A DNA stretch of 64,000 nt, taken from contig JABMSB010000028.1 in NCBI GenBank assembly GCA_013202205.1, forward strand, positions 19,370 to 83,369, written 5' to 3'. Below, in pieces: positions 20,191-30,652 of the stretch (position 1 is its first letter; each line of letters begins with the position of its first letter). The position numbers and the translations under genes are program-made. The notes below the pieces were generated by a model. That model was not told the origin of the DNA and did no database searches. It worked only from the letters and a program-made list of their open reading frames with translations. Source of the stretch: Candidatus Omnitrophota bacterium (GTDB taxonomy: Bacteria > Omnitrophota > Gorgyraeia > JABMSB01).

Positions 20191-20216
20191 TTTCGCACAT
20201 CAAAGTGTGCACTACG

Positions 20217-21464
20217 TTATTGGTTCATGGACATTAAAAATTCCGCGTTCGTCTTTGTCTTCTTTATTTTGTCGACTAAGAGTTCCATGGCTTCAATGGT
20301 ATTCAGCTCATTTAGGACCTTACGCATGAGCCAGATCCTCTGGATCTCATCCTTATCGAGCAAGAGCTCCTCTTTGCGTGTATTGGACCGTTTTATATCT
20401 ATCGCCGGATAGATGCGTCTCTGGAAAAGGTTGCGGTCAAGTTGAAGCTCCATGTTGCCGGTGCCCTTGAACTCTTCAAATATAACCTCATCCATACGGC
20501 TTCCTGTATCGACTAAAGCGGTGGCAATTATAGTAAGGCTTCCGCCTTCTTCTACATTGCGCGCGGCGCCGAAGAATCTCTTAGGCTTGTGCAACGCATT
20601 AGAATCGACTCCTCCTGAGAGTATCTTCCCGGAATGCGGCACCACTGAATTGTATGCGCGAGCCAAACGTGTTATCGAGTCGAGCAAAACTACGACATCC
20701 CGTTTGTGCTCAACGAGCCTCTTCGCCTTCTCAAGGACAACATCCGCCACCTGGACATGGCGCTCTGCCGGTTCGTCGAACGTCGAGCTTATAACCTCGC
20801 CCTTGACGGAACGCGCCATATCCGTAACTTCTTCCGGACGCTCATCTATCAAAAGGACTATAAGCACCGCGTCAGGGTAATTGGTCGTTATACTATTGGC
20901 CACCTTCTGTAAGATCATCGTCTTACCGCTATACGGAGGCGCTACTATCAAACCCCTCTGTCCTTTTCCGATTGGCGTCAGTAAGTCCATTATGCGCGTC
21001 GTCGTCTCATCACCCTTGGTCTCAAGCAGAAACCTTACATTGGGATAGAGTGGTGTCAGGTTGTCGAAGACCACTTTCCCTTTGCACTTCTCCGGATTTT
21101 CGAAATTGACCGCTTCTACCTTAAGAAGGGCGAAGTACCTCTCCCCCTCTTTGGGCGGCCTTATCTGGCCGCTGACGGTATCACCTGTACGGAGGCTGAA
21201 CCTCTTTATCTGTGAAGGAGAGATATATATGTCGTCGGGACACGGCAGATAGTTATAGTTTGGGCTGCGCAAGAAACCAAAACCATCCTGCAGTACCTCC
21301 AGGACACCTTCGCCGAACATATTGCCGTTCTTCTCGGCCTGCCCCTGCAAGATCTTAAAGATGAGATCCTGCTTCTTTATACTGCTGGCACCGTTTATGT
21401 CCAGCCCCTTGGCTACCTTATACAGCTCCGCCACCTTCATGTCCTTCAATTTAGTTATCTCCAT
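20217..21464 (-). CDS. rho: transcription termination factor Rho
   Basis: From the internal Met, [21 protein letters not shown]...QDGFGFLR aligns with the E. coli Rho N-terminus. The track ORF start at 21527 adds 21 codons that overlap coaE. Confidence 0.9.
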   Translation of the reverse strand: MEITKLKDMKVAELYKVAKGLDINGASSIKKQDLIFKILQGQAEKNGNMFGEGVLEVLQDGFGFLRSPNYNYLPCPDDIYISPSQIKRFSLRTGDTVSGQIRPPKEGERYFALLKVEAVNFENPEKCKGKVVFDNLTPLYPNVRFLLETKGDETTTRIMDLLTPIGKGQRGLIVAPPYSGKTMILQKVANSITTNYPDAVLIVLLIDERPEEVTDMARSVKGEVISSTFDEPAERHVQVADVVLEKAKRLVEHKRDVVVLLDSITRLARAYNSVVPHSGKILSGGVDSNALHKPKRFFGAARNVEEGGSLTIIATALVDTGSRMDEVIFEEFKGTGNMELQLDRNLFQRRIYPAIDIKRSNTRKEELLLDKDEIQRIWLMRKVLNELNTIEAMELLVDKIKKTKTNAEFLMSMNQ

Positions 21465-21496
21465 AACCTCGCCTCCTAATGGCCCATAATCCTTAT

Positions 21497-22123
21497 TCAC
21501 TTTTTTCGTAGACACATATCCCTCCATATCTTTTTCACCTCTTTTTTTGCGTTAGACCTGCTACCATTGTTATCTATTATAAAATCGGCCAGCTTCTTCT
21601 TCTTGCTCAGCGGTATCTGCATCTTTGTGCGCCGCACTATTTCGCTGCGGGATATAGATCCCCGCCGCTTCGAGCGAGCCAGCTGATTCTTTCGTGAAGC
21701 AACGACTACTATCACATAATCGACCACCTTGTGCAAAGACGCTTCTATTAGCAGGGGGGCGTCTATAATAACTGCCGGATAGGTTCGTCTCTTCGTCCGT
21801 GTCAGTTCCCTATCTATAAATTCGATGACCTCGGGATGGACTATCGCCTGCAATATTCTTAAGAGGCACCCGGAAGAAAATACCTTCTTTGACAGGAGCC
21901 GCCTGCTTATTTTGCCCTTCACTAAAATATCTTTGCCAAAGAGCGTTACGATATCTCTGTAGGTTCGCGTACCCCTCTTTAAATAACGGTGGGCTATGCT
22001 GTCCGCATCTAAGACCTTTGCTCCGGAAATCTCGGCCAGCATCTTTGAGACGGTAGTCTTGCCGGTACCCATACCGCCGGTAACGCCTATGACTATACCT
22101 TTGTATCGCCTGTTTCGTCTCAT
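21497..22123 (-). CDS. coaE: dephospho-CoA kinase
   Basis: P-loop [12 protein letters not shown]. The ATG at 22123 forms an ATGA overlap with the polA stop; the track start at 22138 lies inside polA. Confidence 0.8.
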   Translation of the reverse strand: MRRNRRYKGIVIGVTGGMGTGKTTVSKMLAEISGAKVLDADSIAHRYLKRGTRTYRDIVTLFGKDILVKGKISRRLLSKKVFSSGCLLRILQAIVHPEVIEFIDRELTRTKRRTYPAVIIDAPLLIEASLHKVVDYVIVVVASRKNQLARSKRRGSISRSEIVRRTKMQIPLSKKKKLADFIIDNNGSRSNAKKEVKKIWRDMCLRKK

Positions 22124-24801
22124 TTTGTCTCGAGCCAATTTTTTCCAGCCTTTACGTTAACCTCTATGGGGACGTCGAGCTTTATCGCGTTCTCCATTTT
22201 TTCTTTAATCATAGCCTTTAAATCTTTTAGTTCCTGCTGGGGCACCTCAAATACAAGTTCATCGTGTACCTGCAGTATCATCTTTGAACGCCATGACCCG
22301 CTAGCGAGCTCACGATCGACCTCTATCATAGCTACCTTAATGAGGTCTGCTGCAGAACCTTGTATGGGTGTATTGACGGCCGTCCTCTCGGCAAATTGGC
22401 GCAAAGACATGTTATCATTCTTGATCTCCGGTAAATATCGGCGCCTCTTCATCATCGTGGTAACAAACCCATCTTCCCTTGCCGCCTCTATCGTCTCCTC
22501 CAAAAATGATTTGACGCCGGGATATCTCTGGAAATAGTTGTCGATAAATTCTCCCGCCTCCTCAGGTGATATCTCCAAATCCCTGGCGAGTCCCCATGCG
22601 CTCATGCCGTATATAATACCAAAGTTGACTACCTTTGCCTGGGAGCGCATCTCGGATGTAACCTGCTCCATCTCGACGCCAAATACCAAAGAAGCGGTAT
22701 GTGTATGGATATCGAGCCCTTCCTTAAACGCGTGTATCAGGTCCTTGTCCTTGGAGAGGTGCGCCAATATCCTGAGCTCTATCTGTGAATAGTCGGCTGA
22801 GACGAGTAATGCCTTAGGGTCGCTAGGCACGAATGCCTTACGTATCTTTCGGCCCAATTCCGTCTTTATCGGTATATTCTGTAAATTCGGGCTGCTGCTT
22901 GAAAGCCTGCCCGTAGCCGTAACCGCCTGGTTAAAAGATGTATGGACCCTGCCCGTCTTTGGATTTATCAATTTTGGCAATGCATCCACATAGGTCGACT
23001 TGAGCTTTGAGAGCTCCCGGAATTCTATCAGGGTAGCCGGCAGCGCATGCTTGGCTGCCAGTGTCCTCAGTACACCTTCGTCGGTCGAGAAGCCGGTCTT
23101 GGTCCGCCTGACAACAGGAAGCTTCAATTTATCGAACAAGATCTCGCTCAGCTGCTTCGGTGAGTTGATATTGAACTCACAACCCGCTATATCATAAACA
23201 TCTTTTGTCAGTTTCCCGAGCGAGCGGTCCATCGTTTCGGATAGCTCGGAGAGGAACTTCTTATCTATGGCCACTCCGTTTAATTCCACGCTCTTCAGCA
23301 CGTCTATGAGCGGGACCTCAACATCGTCGAACAGTTTATCGAGCGCCTTCTTTGACAATTCCTTGATGAAGATCTCCTTAAGCCTGAATGTCACATCGCT
23401 ATCCTCGCAGGAATACTCGCAAATCCGGTCGAGGCCCACTTTGTCCATGGTAATCTTATTCTTACCGCTTCCCATCAGGTCTGAGAGCGGGATCATCTTG
23501 TGTCCAAGGTATTCCAGTGATATATCATCTAAATTATGGTTCGGTTTTGACGGATTTAAAAGGTATGAGCCAACCATCGTGTCGAATGAGATCCCTTTAA
23601 GCTTTATACCGTAGTTCTGCAGGATGACGGCTTCGTACTTTATATTCTGGCCTACCTTTTTGATCTTCGGGTCTTCGAGCATAGGCTTCAGTTTTGCCAA
23701 TACGTCTTTTGTATCTAACTTTTTCTTCTCTGTCTTAAAGCTCTTCTTATCTTCAGTACCGACATAATATGCCAGGCCTTTCTTCCAACAGAATGATATG
23801 CCGACTATCTCAGCCAGCATCGGGTCCTTGCCTGTTGTCTCAAAGTCGAATACAAACTCCTCGGACTTACCTAACTCTTTTATAAGCCCTGCAAAACCCT
23901 TCTCATCCTCAATAAGGCGATAGTCGCTCTTGAGTGTATCGGTGGGAGCCAGCTCTTTGAAGAGACCACGGAACTCAAGACGCTTGAAGAGTGTGAGGAG
24001 CTTCTTTGTGTCATGCGGTTTCGGTTTAAGGTCTTCAAAACTTACCTTTATCGGCACTGCTGCATCCAGGCGTGCCAGCTCCTCACTCATCCGGGCAAGG
24101 TCCTTGGACTCCATCAGTTTCTTCTTAAGCCCCTCCCCTTTCACTTTATCGAGATTATCGAGAAGGCCATCGAGGCTCCCAAATTCAACTATAAGTTTTA
24201 TGGCTGTCTTTTCCCCTATCCCGGGTACTCCCGGTATGTTATCTGTAGCATCGCCTGCCAATGCCATTATATCCACTACCCTCTCCGGCCCTACTCCAAA
24301 ACGCTCCTTTACCTTATCGCTGTCGTATATCATGCCATCCTTGTGCGTATTATATACCTTGATATGGGATCCTACTAATTGGAGGGCATCCTTGTCACCA
24401 GTGACTATGAATGTCTCTATATCCTCAGCCTCAGCCTTCCTGGCAATAGTTGCCAGGAGATCGTCTGCCTCAAACCCCTCCATTTCGAAGATGGGTATCC
24501 TATATCCGGCTAGAACATCTTTTATAACAGGTAATTGGGAAACGAGCTCATCCGGCATAGGTTTGCGATGTATCTTATAATCATCGAACTTCTTATGGCG
24601 GAATGTTGGGCCTTTAAGATCGAATGTCACTGCCAGATAGTCGGGCTTTTCCTTATCTACAATCTTATTCATCATCGTGATAAATCCATATACGGCATTG
24701 GTCGGCTCACCCCTGGAGGTGACCAGGCTCCTTATGGCATAAAATGCCCTATAACAGAAGGAGTTGCCATCTATCAAAAATAGACGCTTTTTATCACTCA
24801 T
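22120..24801 (-). CDS. polA: DNA polymerase I
   Basis: 893 aa. 5'-3' exonuclease start MSDKKRLFLIDGNSFCYRAFYA and C-terminal polymerase motifs. Confidence 0.9.
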   Translation of the reverse strand: MSDKKRLFLIDGNSFCYRAFYAIRSLVTSRGEPTNAVYGFITMMNKIVDKEKPDYLAVTFDLKGPTFRHKKFDDYKIHRKPMPDELVSQLPVIKDVLAGYRIPIFEMEGFEADDLLATIARKAEAEDIETFIVTGDKDALQLVGSHIKVYNTHKDGMIYDSDKVKERFGVGPERVVDIMALAGDATDNIPGVPGIGEKTAIKLIVEFGSLDGLLDNLDKVKGEGLKKKLMESKDLARMSEELARLDAAVPIKVSFEDLKPKPHDTKKLLTLFKRLEFRGLFKELAPTDTLKSDYRLIEDEKGFAGLIKELGKSEEFVFDFETTGKDPMLAEIVGISFCWKKGLAYYVGTEDKKSFKTEKKKLDTKDVLAKLKPMLEDPKIKKVGQNIKYEAVILQNYGIKLKGISFDTMVGSYLLNPSKPNHNLDDISLEYLGHKMIPLSDLMGSGKNKITMDKVGLDRICEYSCEDSDVTFRLKEIFIKELSKKALDKLFDDVEVPLIDVLKSVELNGVAIDKKFLSELSETMDRSLGKLTKDVYDIAGCEFNINSPKQLSEILFDKLKLPVVRRTKTGFSTDEGVLRTLAAKHALPATLIEFRELSKLKSTYVDALPKLINPKTGRVHTSFNQAVTATGRLSSSSPNLQNIPIKTELGRKIRKAFVPSDPKALLVSADYSQIELRILAHLSKDKDLIHAFKEGLDIHTHTASLVFGVEMEQVTSEMRSQAKVVNFGIIYGMSAWGLARDLEISPEEAGEFIDNYFQRYPGVKSFLEETIEAAREDGFVTTMMKRRRYLPEIKNDNMSLRQFAERTAVNTPIQGSAADLIKVAMIEVDRELASGSWRSKMILQVHDELVFEVPQQELKDLKAMIKEKMENAIKLDVPIEVNVKAGKNWLETK

Positions 24802-24845
24802 AAGCTATCACCTAATTTGATCCCTTTGTCACCATCAATTGGCCG

Positions 24846-24873
24846 GATAAAAAGAGAGGAGCCATCTTTCCTC
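24846..24873 (-). terminator. weak candidate intrinsic terminator after the secretin gene (GAGGA/TCCTC stem, 8-nt loop, then TCTTTTTAT)
   Basis: Read by eye in the 150-nt secretin-polA gap. The stem is only 5 bp, so this is weak. Confidence 0.2.
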
Positions 24874-24952
24874 ATTATGCCAATCGATATTTGCTAATAA
24901 CAGGAAAAACTTAAAACTATGGGAAAGAATTGCATTGGATGGGGTATTCTCG

Positions 24953-26212
24953 CTAAAGATTTACCATGTCTCCATGCGTGTCTAAAATACGTGCGGTTAT
25001 AAATATCAGGAGGTTCGACTTTGCCTGATACTTTGTCTTCGACTGAAAGAGCTTGCCCAATATCGGGATGTCTCCGAAGAAGGGTACCTTCCGGACATTG
25101 TCGACATCCTCATTCTTCATCAACCCGCCTATTACTAATGTCTTGCCGTCCTCTACAGAGACGGTCGTCTGTGTAGTGCGCGTGGTGATCTGCGGCAAGG
25201 TAACATTACGCGCCTGGTCGGTCGATTCCGTCCTTATATCTACGGTATTTGTCAGGTCTACCTCGCGTACCGAAGGGCGCAGGCTCAGCGTTATGGTCTC
25301 TCTATTCTCATTGACGACCGGCACCACCTCAAGGACTATGCCTTCCCAGATAGTGTCGATTACGGGATTATAGGTCGTCTCAACTATTGTCGACGTATCC
25401 CCAGATGTAGTCTGCACTATATCCCAGTCCTTGACATATGAAAACTCCGTCACCACCTTGATATTTGCCATCTGGTTGTTATAACAAGTAAGCTTGGGTG
25501 CCGAGAGTGTGTTGGTATTCTTGTTCTTCTCAAGCGCCGTAATTATAGCCTTGAACTTGGCATAATCGAGGACTGCAAATTCCAGGCTCAGCGGATTGCC
25601 TATACCGCTCTCATCCCCCCATGAGCCTGCCTCCCAGTCAAGAACTCCCTTTGTATCTATTCGTCCTTCTTTGTTCTTGGCATTTATTGCAAATCCTGCC
25701 GCCGTTGAACCGTCGGTCAGGGTCTGGTCTGTGAGGCCCCGCAGCTCTATGCCGAAATCTTCGCCATCAAAAGACTTGACCTCAATTATGCGCGCCTCTA
25801 TCGATATCTGCGTCATAGTTGCGGCTCTCAAAGACCTTAAGAACCCTTCTATCTTTTCGTGGTTGGCAAGGGTATTCAATACCACCATCTGACCTGTCAG
25901 GCGGTGATAATCGACATAACTACCTGCTGGTTGGGGTACAGATTTTTCTATCAGTTTTACTATATCTTCGGATGTTACCGTAGTCGATGCCTTGGATGCT
26001 GTGGTAGTTGCTGCCGTAGAAGACGAACCCGAGCTTCCTGAGCCTGCTGAAGATGGGGCCGTTGTACCCAACCCTCCGATAGTAGCAGCTTCTCCGGCTG
26101 TAAGACTGCTGACGGTTTGTGAGGAGACCTCTCCCCTAAAACCGGCAAAGATGACCAGTAACAGTAGGGTCCCTACTAATATTTTAAAAGATATAGTCTT
26201 ACGGTCTCTCAT
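24953..26212 (-). CDS. short secretin (PilQ/GspD family): signal peptide, Ser/Thr-rich linker, one N1-type domain, C-terminal secretin domain
   Basis: C-terminal VPFFGDIPILGKLFQSKTKYQAKSNLLIFITARIL is the secretin signature. N1-like segment VDYHRLTGQMVVLNTLANHEKIEGFLRSL. Has its own hydrophobic signal sequence ISFKILVGTLLLLVIFAGF. Confidence 0.75.
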   Translation of the reverse strand: MRDRKTISFKILVGTLLLLVIFAGFRGEVSSQTVSSLTAGEAATIGGLGTTAPSSAGSGSSGSSSTAATTTASKASTTVTSEDIVKLIEKSVPQPAGSYVDYHRLTGQMVVLNTLANHEKIEGFLRSLRAATMTQISIEARIIEVKSFDGEDFGIELRGLTDQTLTDGSTAAGFAINAKNKEGRIDTKGVLDWEAGSWGDESGIGNPLSLEFAVLDYAKFKAIITALEKNKNTNTLSAPKLTCYNNQMANIKVVTEFSYVKDWDIVQTTSGDTSTIVETTYNPVIDTIWEGIVLEVVPVVNENRETITLSLRPSVREVDLTNTVDIRTESTDQARNVTLPQITTRTTQTTVSVEDGKTLVIGGLMKNEDVDNVRKVPFFGDIPILGKLFQSKTKYQAKSNLLIFITARILDTHGDMVNL

Positions 26213-27474
26213 TTTAATGAACTCTTATTTTTGCTGCTAGTTACGCTGGTATCAAACTGCTCGGCAGGATAGTCCTTCACGGTCCCGACCAGATCCTGGA
26301 CATCATAGACCTTCACCACCATATCGCCCTGTTCTATTCTCGCGGCCGAAGCTACCAATATATAATTGTCCTTCACGTCATAATCGAGCTGGGCCGGATA
26401 GAGGACAATATCGAGTAACTCTGATATAGGCATATCCCGCAATGAGACGCTTATCTTCCGTTCCGCGTTGGGCATCGCCCCTTCATCCATGACAAAGTTG
26501 AGGCCTGTGAGGTCTACTAAGAATTTTATTACATCTTTTATAGACGCATCAGTAAAATCTATTTCGGCTATGCGTTCTTTTAAACGATCTTTTAAGTTTT
26601 CTCGATCGGAAGATACCTTTTGCACTTCTTCCTGCTTGGCGGTTGCAGATTGGGCGCCCACTCTCTTCGCGGAACTCGCGCGCCTATCCCCGTATCGCTC
26701 CTCCATGCCCTGCCCGGACGTGGGCACGGTCGCCTCATCTACTTCGGCTAAACGCGTCATCTCCTCTAAGGACTTGGCCATAGACATATGTTTCACTTTG
26801 CGCTCTACGATCGTATTGCGTGTCTTCTCGCGATAATATATCAACTCCTCGTCGAATGGCGCGTATTCCAGGGCCATGTTGAGCGCTTCCTCCGCAGCCC
26901 TGTAATTACCGTTATCGTATAGCTCGTGAGACTCCTCGAGTAACTGATCACGCATTAGCGCTGCCTCGGATGGCATCTTTACCTTATCCTTCAATTCCCT
27001 CTCTCTCCGAGCCTTCAGCTGCGCGCCTTCCTCTTCAGTCATGCGCATCGTCTTAGCCATCTCCGTATCCCGCTTGCGCTCTTCCCTTATAAGGTCTCTA
27101 TGCATCTTCGCCCGGTTCTTCTCCAATTTTTCATGGCTCTTTTTTAAGTACTTCGCCGCCTTTGAGTTTGATGGGTCGAAACCAAGCGCCTTCTGAAATT
27201 CAGATACCGCTTCTTTATATTGTTTTTTCTTATAATAGTTGACTGCTATCTTATAGTACCCTTTGGACAAAATCTCATTCTTCTTGCGCTGCCGATACTT
27301 AAGCTCGGCAAGCTCTTCGGCTATCCTCTTAGCCTCTGCTTTATCATCGATCACTTTCTTTTCAGAAGAGACAACATCTTCAGATTCAATAGCGAATGAT
27401 AGAGAGAAAACCGGGGCTATTAAGGCAAGGTATATTAATACGCTAATTATAGTAAGAAAAGAGATGGGCTTCAT
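26209..27474 (-). CDS. secreted TPR/coiled-coil protein ending in a secretin N0 (STN-like) domain; the detached N-terminal module of the secretin
   Basis: Signal peptide, Lys/Glu-rich helical repeats, then FTDASIKDVIKFLVDLTGLNFVMDEG...SVSLRDMPISELLDIVLYPAQLDYDVKDNYILVAS, which matches the secretin N0 fold pattern. 4-nt ATGA overlap with the secretin ORF. Confidence 0.55.
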   Translation of the reverse strand: MKPISFLTIISVLIYLALIAPVFSLSFAIESEDVVSSEKKVIDDKAEAKRIAEELAELKYRQRKKNEILSKGYYKIAVNYYKKKQYKEAVSEFQKALGFDPSNSKAAKYLKKSHEKLEKNRAKMHRDLIREERKRDTEMAKTMRMTEEEGAQLKARRERELKDKVKMPSEAALMRDQLLEESHELYDNGNYRAAEEALNMALEYAPFDEELIYYREKTRNTIVERKVKHMSMAKSLEEMTRLAEVDEATVPTSGQGMEERYGDRRASSAKRVGAQSATAKQEEVQKVSSDRENLKDRLKERIAEIDFTDASIKDVIKFLVDLTGLNFVMDEGAMPNAERKISVSLRDMPISELLDIVLYPAQLDYDVKDNYILVASAARIEQGDMVVKVYDVQDLVGTVKDYPAEQFDTSVTSSKNKSSLK

Positions 27475-28220
27475 TCTCTTGGGGATTTAGCCTCCTTGGG
27501 GATACTAATTGTCATATCTCCTTTTGATAATACCACATAGGTATCTTTTATGTCAAGCACTAAATAGCCGTCACCTATTATCTCGCCTCTTTGAACAGAT
27601 ACCGTCTCTTTGGAGCCAAGATCCAGGATTGTGGCTATAAGTTGTTGTGTGGGCATAGGTTTTTTAAATTCAAGGACTACCTTTTCGCCATCTGAGCTTG
27701 ATAATGTAGCGGATGACGCGTTTAAGTCATCCAATACCCACCCCTCTGCAGTTTCTCCTCTTCTTGCCAAATATGTCCTCTCGCCAAAGTTTAGCTGTGC
27801 CACCATCTCTCCGTTGGCCAATACGAGATAACCGTTATATATCAACTCAAATGAGGCCGGCTCAACCGACAATACCTTAAAAGGCTTATCTATCGTCGAT
27901 ATTGTCCCGGGTGGCGGTAATGGCATCTTCTCCTTTACCAATGAAAATATGTCCTTATCTAAAAGGGTATCATAATGCGGCACCTTCTCGGGATTCTTAA
28001 ATACAGTAAAGGCCTCTTCGGCATCTGAGACCAGCTTGGATATCTCCCTTGACTCCTTCACAGCTGCGTGCTTCCCGTCTGCAAAGTGCGGCGCATCTTC
28101 TTTGGTCAGGGCCACCTCGATATATCCGAAGATAGAGACGAGCCATATGGCAGCAAGCGCTGCCGTCAATGCCTTTGTACTGACTTCTACCAGACGCTCT
28201 TTGGATATAGCTCTATTCAT
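27471..28220 (-). CDS. PilP/GspC-like periplasmic pilus-assembly component (membrane-anchored, uncharacterised)
   Basis: N-terminal TM helix and C-terminal beta-rich repeats (DKPFKVLSV...; VSVQRGEIIGDGYLVLDI). Occupies the pilP position between PilO-like and the secretin module. Assignment is mostly by position. Confidence 0.4.
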   Translation of the reverse strand: MNRAISKERLVEVSTKALTAALAAIWLVSIFGYIEVALTKEDAPHFADGKHAAVKESREISKLVSDAEEAFTVFKNPEKVPHYDTLLDKDIFSLVKEKMPLPPPGTISTIDKPFKVLSVEPASFELIYNGYLVLANGEMVAQLNFGERTYLARRGETAEGWVLDDLNASSATLSSSDGEKVVLEFKKPMPTQQLIATILDLGSKETVSVQRGEIIGDGYLVLDIKDTYVVLSKGDMTISIPKEAKSPRE

Positions 28221-28226
28221 ATAAAC

Positions 28227-29024
28227 CTATTCTTGAAGAAATCCTTTTGGGCTCATCATGGTTATTATAGCTCTAAGCAAGTGCTCCTTCTCATCTATCA
28301 GGAAGACCTGAAACTCCTCTACAGCCAGGACCTGGTCAGATTTAGAAAGGGACTGCATAAGGGCAAAGATGCTTCCTGTCTCCCCCTCTACCTCTATCCT
28401 CACCTTATAATCCGTAAAGAGTATGGACTTAGGGTTAACTGCCGATACAAAAGGCTTAGGATCCGGAAAATTTATATCTATCAAAGTATTTATTTTGGAA
28501 TCTATCAAAAGACGGATTACCTCCTCAAGCAAAGAGAGTTCCCCTACCAATGTGGACGTACGATCGGCCTGAGGAATCCTCTTCTTATATTCATTGAATC
28601 CCAGCGAGGGAGGCAGCCCAAGACCATTCTCCTCTGCGACTTCTCTAAGCTGCGCCTCCTTCTTATACAATAAGTCTTTAAATGCAAGGGGGTCGATCGC
28701 TTTTTTGCTTACTTTAAGCTTCTTGCCACGTAATGAAGCTACGATCTTATCATATGCGGAGGAGAGGCCTTCCTTCTCCTTTTGTAAGACGGCTATCATG
28801 GCAGCTGCGGAGATCTCTTCACCCTTAGTTACCCTCGCCAACCTCTCCTTCTGGTCCGTTATCTGCGTAAGGAGCAAACGAGATTCCTTGCTGGCCGATC
28901 TTAGAGAGATAAGAGAAACTACAAAAATTATTATTAATATAAAGAACGCGATCTGGGCAGGTAAAGTCTTGCCGATCAGCCCGGAAGAGGTCGCCCTCGC
29001 TATCATCTCTTGGATTTTTTTCAT
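28227..29024 (-). CDS. PilO/GspM-like inner-membrane pilus alignment protein
   Basis: Single TM (IAFFILIIIFVVSLISL), coiled coil, periplasmic domain. Follows the PilMN fusion with a 4-nt overlap. Confidence 0.55.
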   Translation of the reverse strand: MKKIQEMIARATSSGLIGKTLPAQIAFFILIIIFVVSLISLRSASKESRLLLTQITDQKERLARVTKGEEISAAAMIAVLQKEKEGLSSAYDKIVASLRGKKLKVSKKAIDPLAFKDLLYKKEAQLREVAEENGLGLPPSLGFNEYKKRIPQADRTSTLVGELSLLEEVIRLLIDSKINTLIDINFPDPKPFVSAVNPKSILFTDYKVRIEVEGETGSIFALMQSLSKSDQVLAVEEFQVFLIDEKEHLLRAIITMMSPKGFLQE

Positions 29025-30652
29025 GTGCGTATATCCGCCTCTATGACAAACTCTTTTAAACCCTCATCCGCCGGCCCAATACCACCGGACACAGAATGCG
29101 TGCCTATTAGATCTGCCGATATTATCTTTACATTTACGAAGACGCCATAGAGGTTAAGGGAATTCTTAAAAGCCGATATTGCCGGGAATGGGCCTTTGGT
29201 CCGTCCCTTGATCAAGAGATGATATTTATCCCCCCTGGGCTTTGTCTCGATTTCGGTAATCCAGATCTCATCCCCAAGCGCATCTTTTAGCTTAGCAAAG
29301 ACCTCAAACCATAGAGGATTCTTCTTCGATATCTCTATTGCTGCTTCAAGGCGCTCTTTAGTAATAGAGTTCTCTGAGCGCAACTTATCGATCCTGATCT
29401 TATTCTGCTCATAATCTTCATTAAACGCCTTCAGATTTCCTAACTCTATAAATTTTGACCTATTCTTCTGGTTCGAGGTAGCTGTGATTGTCGACAATAT
29501 AAGTATTACAAAGATAAGAGATGTGAAGATGGCCCTCCTCCCCATTCGAAATATATCTGACATCTTCTGCTCGGGAGATATGAGGTTTATGCGTATCTCG
29601 GGCGGTTTGGCCAGGCTTAAGGCTAAACCGATTGCCGTGCCCAGGCGCGTGAGGGCCGGCTCGCCCAGATTCAATTCTTTTGAAACGAGAAGGCCGTTTG
29701 TCGGATCGGCCCGGCGCACTTTTAATCCCAGGTGCGACTCCAGATATCCGTCTATTCCCTTGAGGCTTGCCCCGCCTCCTGTGATTATAACCTCTTTTAA
29801 GTCTATCTTATTGTGATGTGTATTATAAAAGGTGATCGACTGGGATATCTCCGTAGACATATCTGTCAATACGGGCACCATGGCCCTTGCGACACTCTCT
29901 TTCTCCGGCGGGAGGTTGGAGGGCCCTGTCTCTGCCAGGGCTATCGCGTCATTACGCTTGATCGACTCGGCCTCCTTGAAACTGACCTGCGACTGATTGG
30001 CAATCGCGCTCGTCAATTCATCCGCGCCTATCATTATGCTGCGGCTCCAGATCTTGCCATCATGGACTATGATCATATCCGTCGCCTTTGCCCCCAGGTC
30101 GAGGATCAGGCGGTCATTCAGGTCGTCCTTGGCAGAGAGTGCATCGCACAAAGCCAGGGGCGATGCGGTAACGGATGCTATGTCAGGATCATACCCTAAC
30201 AACCGGCTTACGGCCGTCGAGACTATCTCATTCTTTACGGCAACCAGGATCGCTTCGAGCTCTGAGCCAACACTGCCGGTAACATGGTAGTCCCATATAA
30301 CCTCGTCTATGGGGAAAGGGACTTGCTGCTGCGCTTCATATTTTACTATCTGGCTTATCTTCGACTTGGCTACATGCGGGAATTTTATCAGGCGGATAAA
30401 TACTGAGTATCCTGCTATAGAGAGGGCAAGACGGCCGCCCTTTATCTTTATCGATTCGTTGACCTTCTCAAGGAGCTCACCCGTTCTCTTATTTAGAAAG
30501 TCCGCCTCTTCCTCAGGCCTCTCCCTTTCTAAGTCCAAGATTTTAAACCCGATCAGCCTGACATCATCCTTAAATTTCAGGATCTCGGCAACCTTCACGC
30601 CGCTTTCACTGATATCTATACCGATATATTTTCGTGGCCTATTCCAAAACAT
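29021..30652 (-). CDS. PilM-PilN fusion protein (GspL-like): cytoplasmic actin-like PilM domain + TM + periplasmic PilN domain
   Basis: N-terminus KYIGIDISESGVKVAEI is PilM-like. Residues about 355-543 give a TM (AIFTSLIFVILILSTI), a coiled coil and a PilN-like periplasmic region. Confidence 0.65.
   Translation of the reverse strand: MFWNRPRKYIGIDISESGVKVAEILKFKDDVRLIGFKILDLERERPEEEADFLNKRTGELLEKVNESIKIKGGRLALSIAGYSVFIRLIKFPHVAKSKISQIVKYEAQQQVPFPIDEVIWDYHVTGSVGSELEAILVAVKNEIVSTAVSRLLGYDPDIASVTASPLALCDALSAKDDLNDRLILDLGAKATDMIIVHDGKIWSRSIMIGADELTSAIANQSQVSFKEAESIKRNDAIALAETGPSNLPPEKESVARAMVPVLTDMSTEISQSITFYNTHHNKIDLKEVIITGGGASLKGIDGYLESHLGLKVRRADPTNGLLVSKELNLGEPALTRLGTAIGLALSLAKPPEIRINLISPEQKMSDIFRMGRRAIFTSLIFVILILSTITATSNQKNRSKFIELGNLKAFNEDYEQNKIRIDKLRSENSITKERLEAAIEISKKNPLWFEVFAKLKDALGDEIWITEIETKPRGDKYHLLIKGRTKGPFPAISAFKNSLNLYGVFVNVKIISADLIGTHSVSGGIGPADEGLKEFVIEADIRT

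Noticed and set aside
26209-26212. Treating the TPR-N0 ORF and the secretin ORF as a single gene broken by a sequencing frameshift
   Set aside because: Not adopted as the primary call, because the downstream ORF begins with its own Met plus a hydrophobic signal sequence and the junction is a clean ATGA overlap. It remains an alternative that read-level data could confirm.
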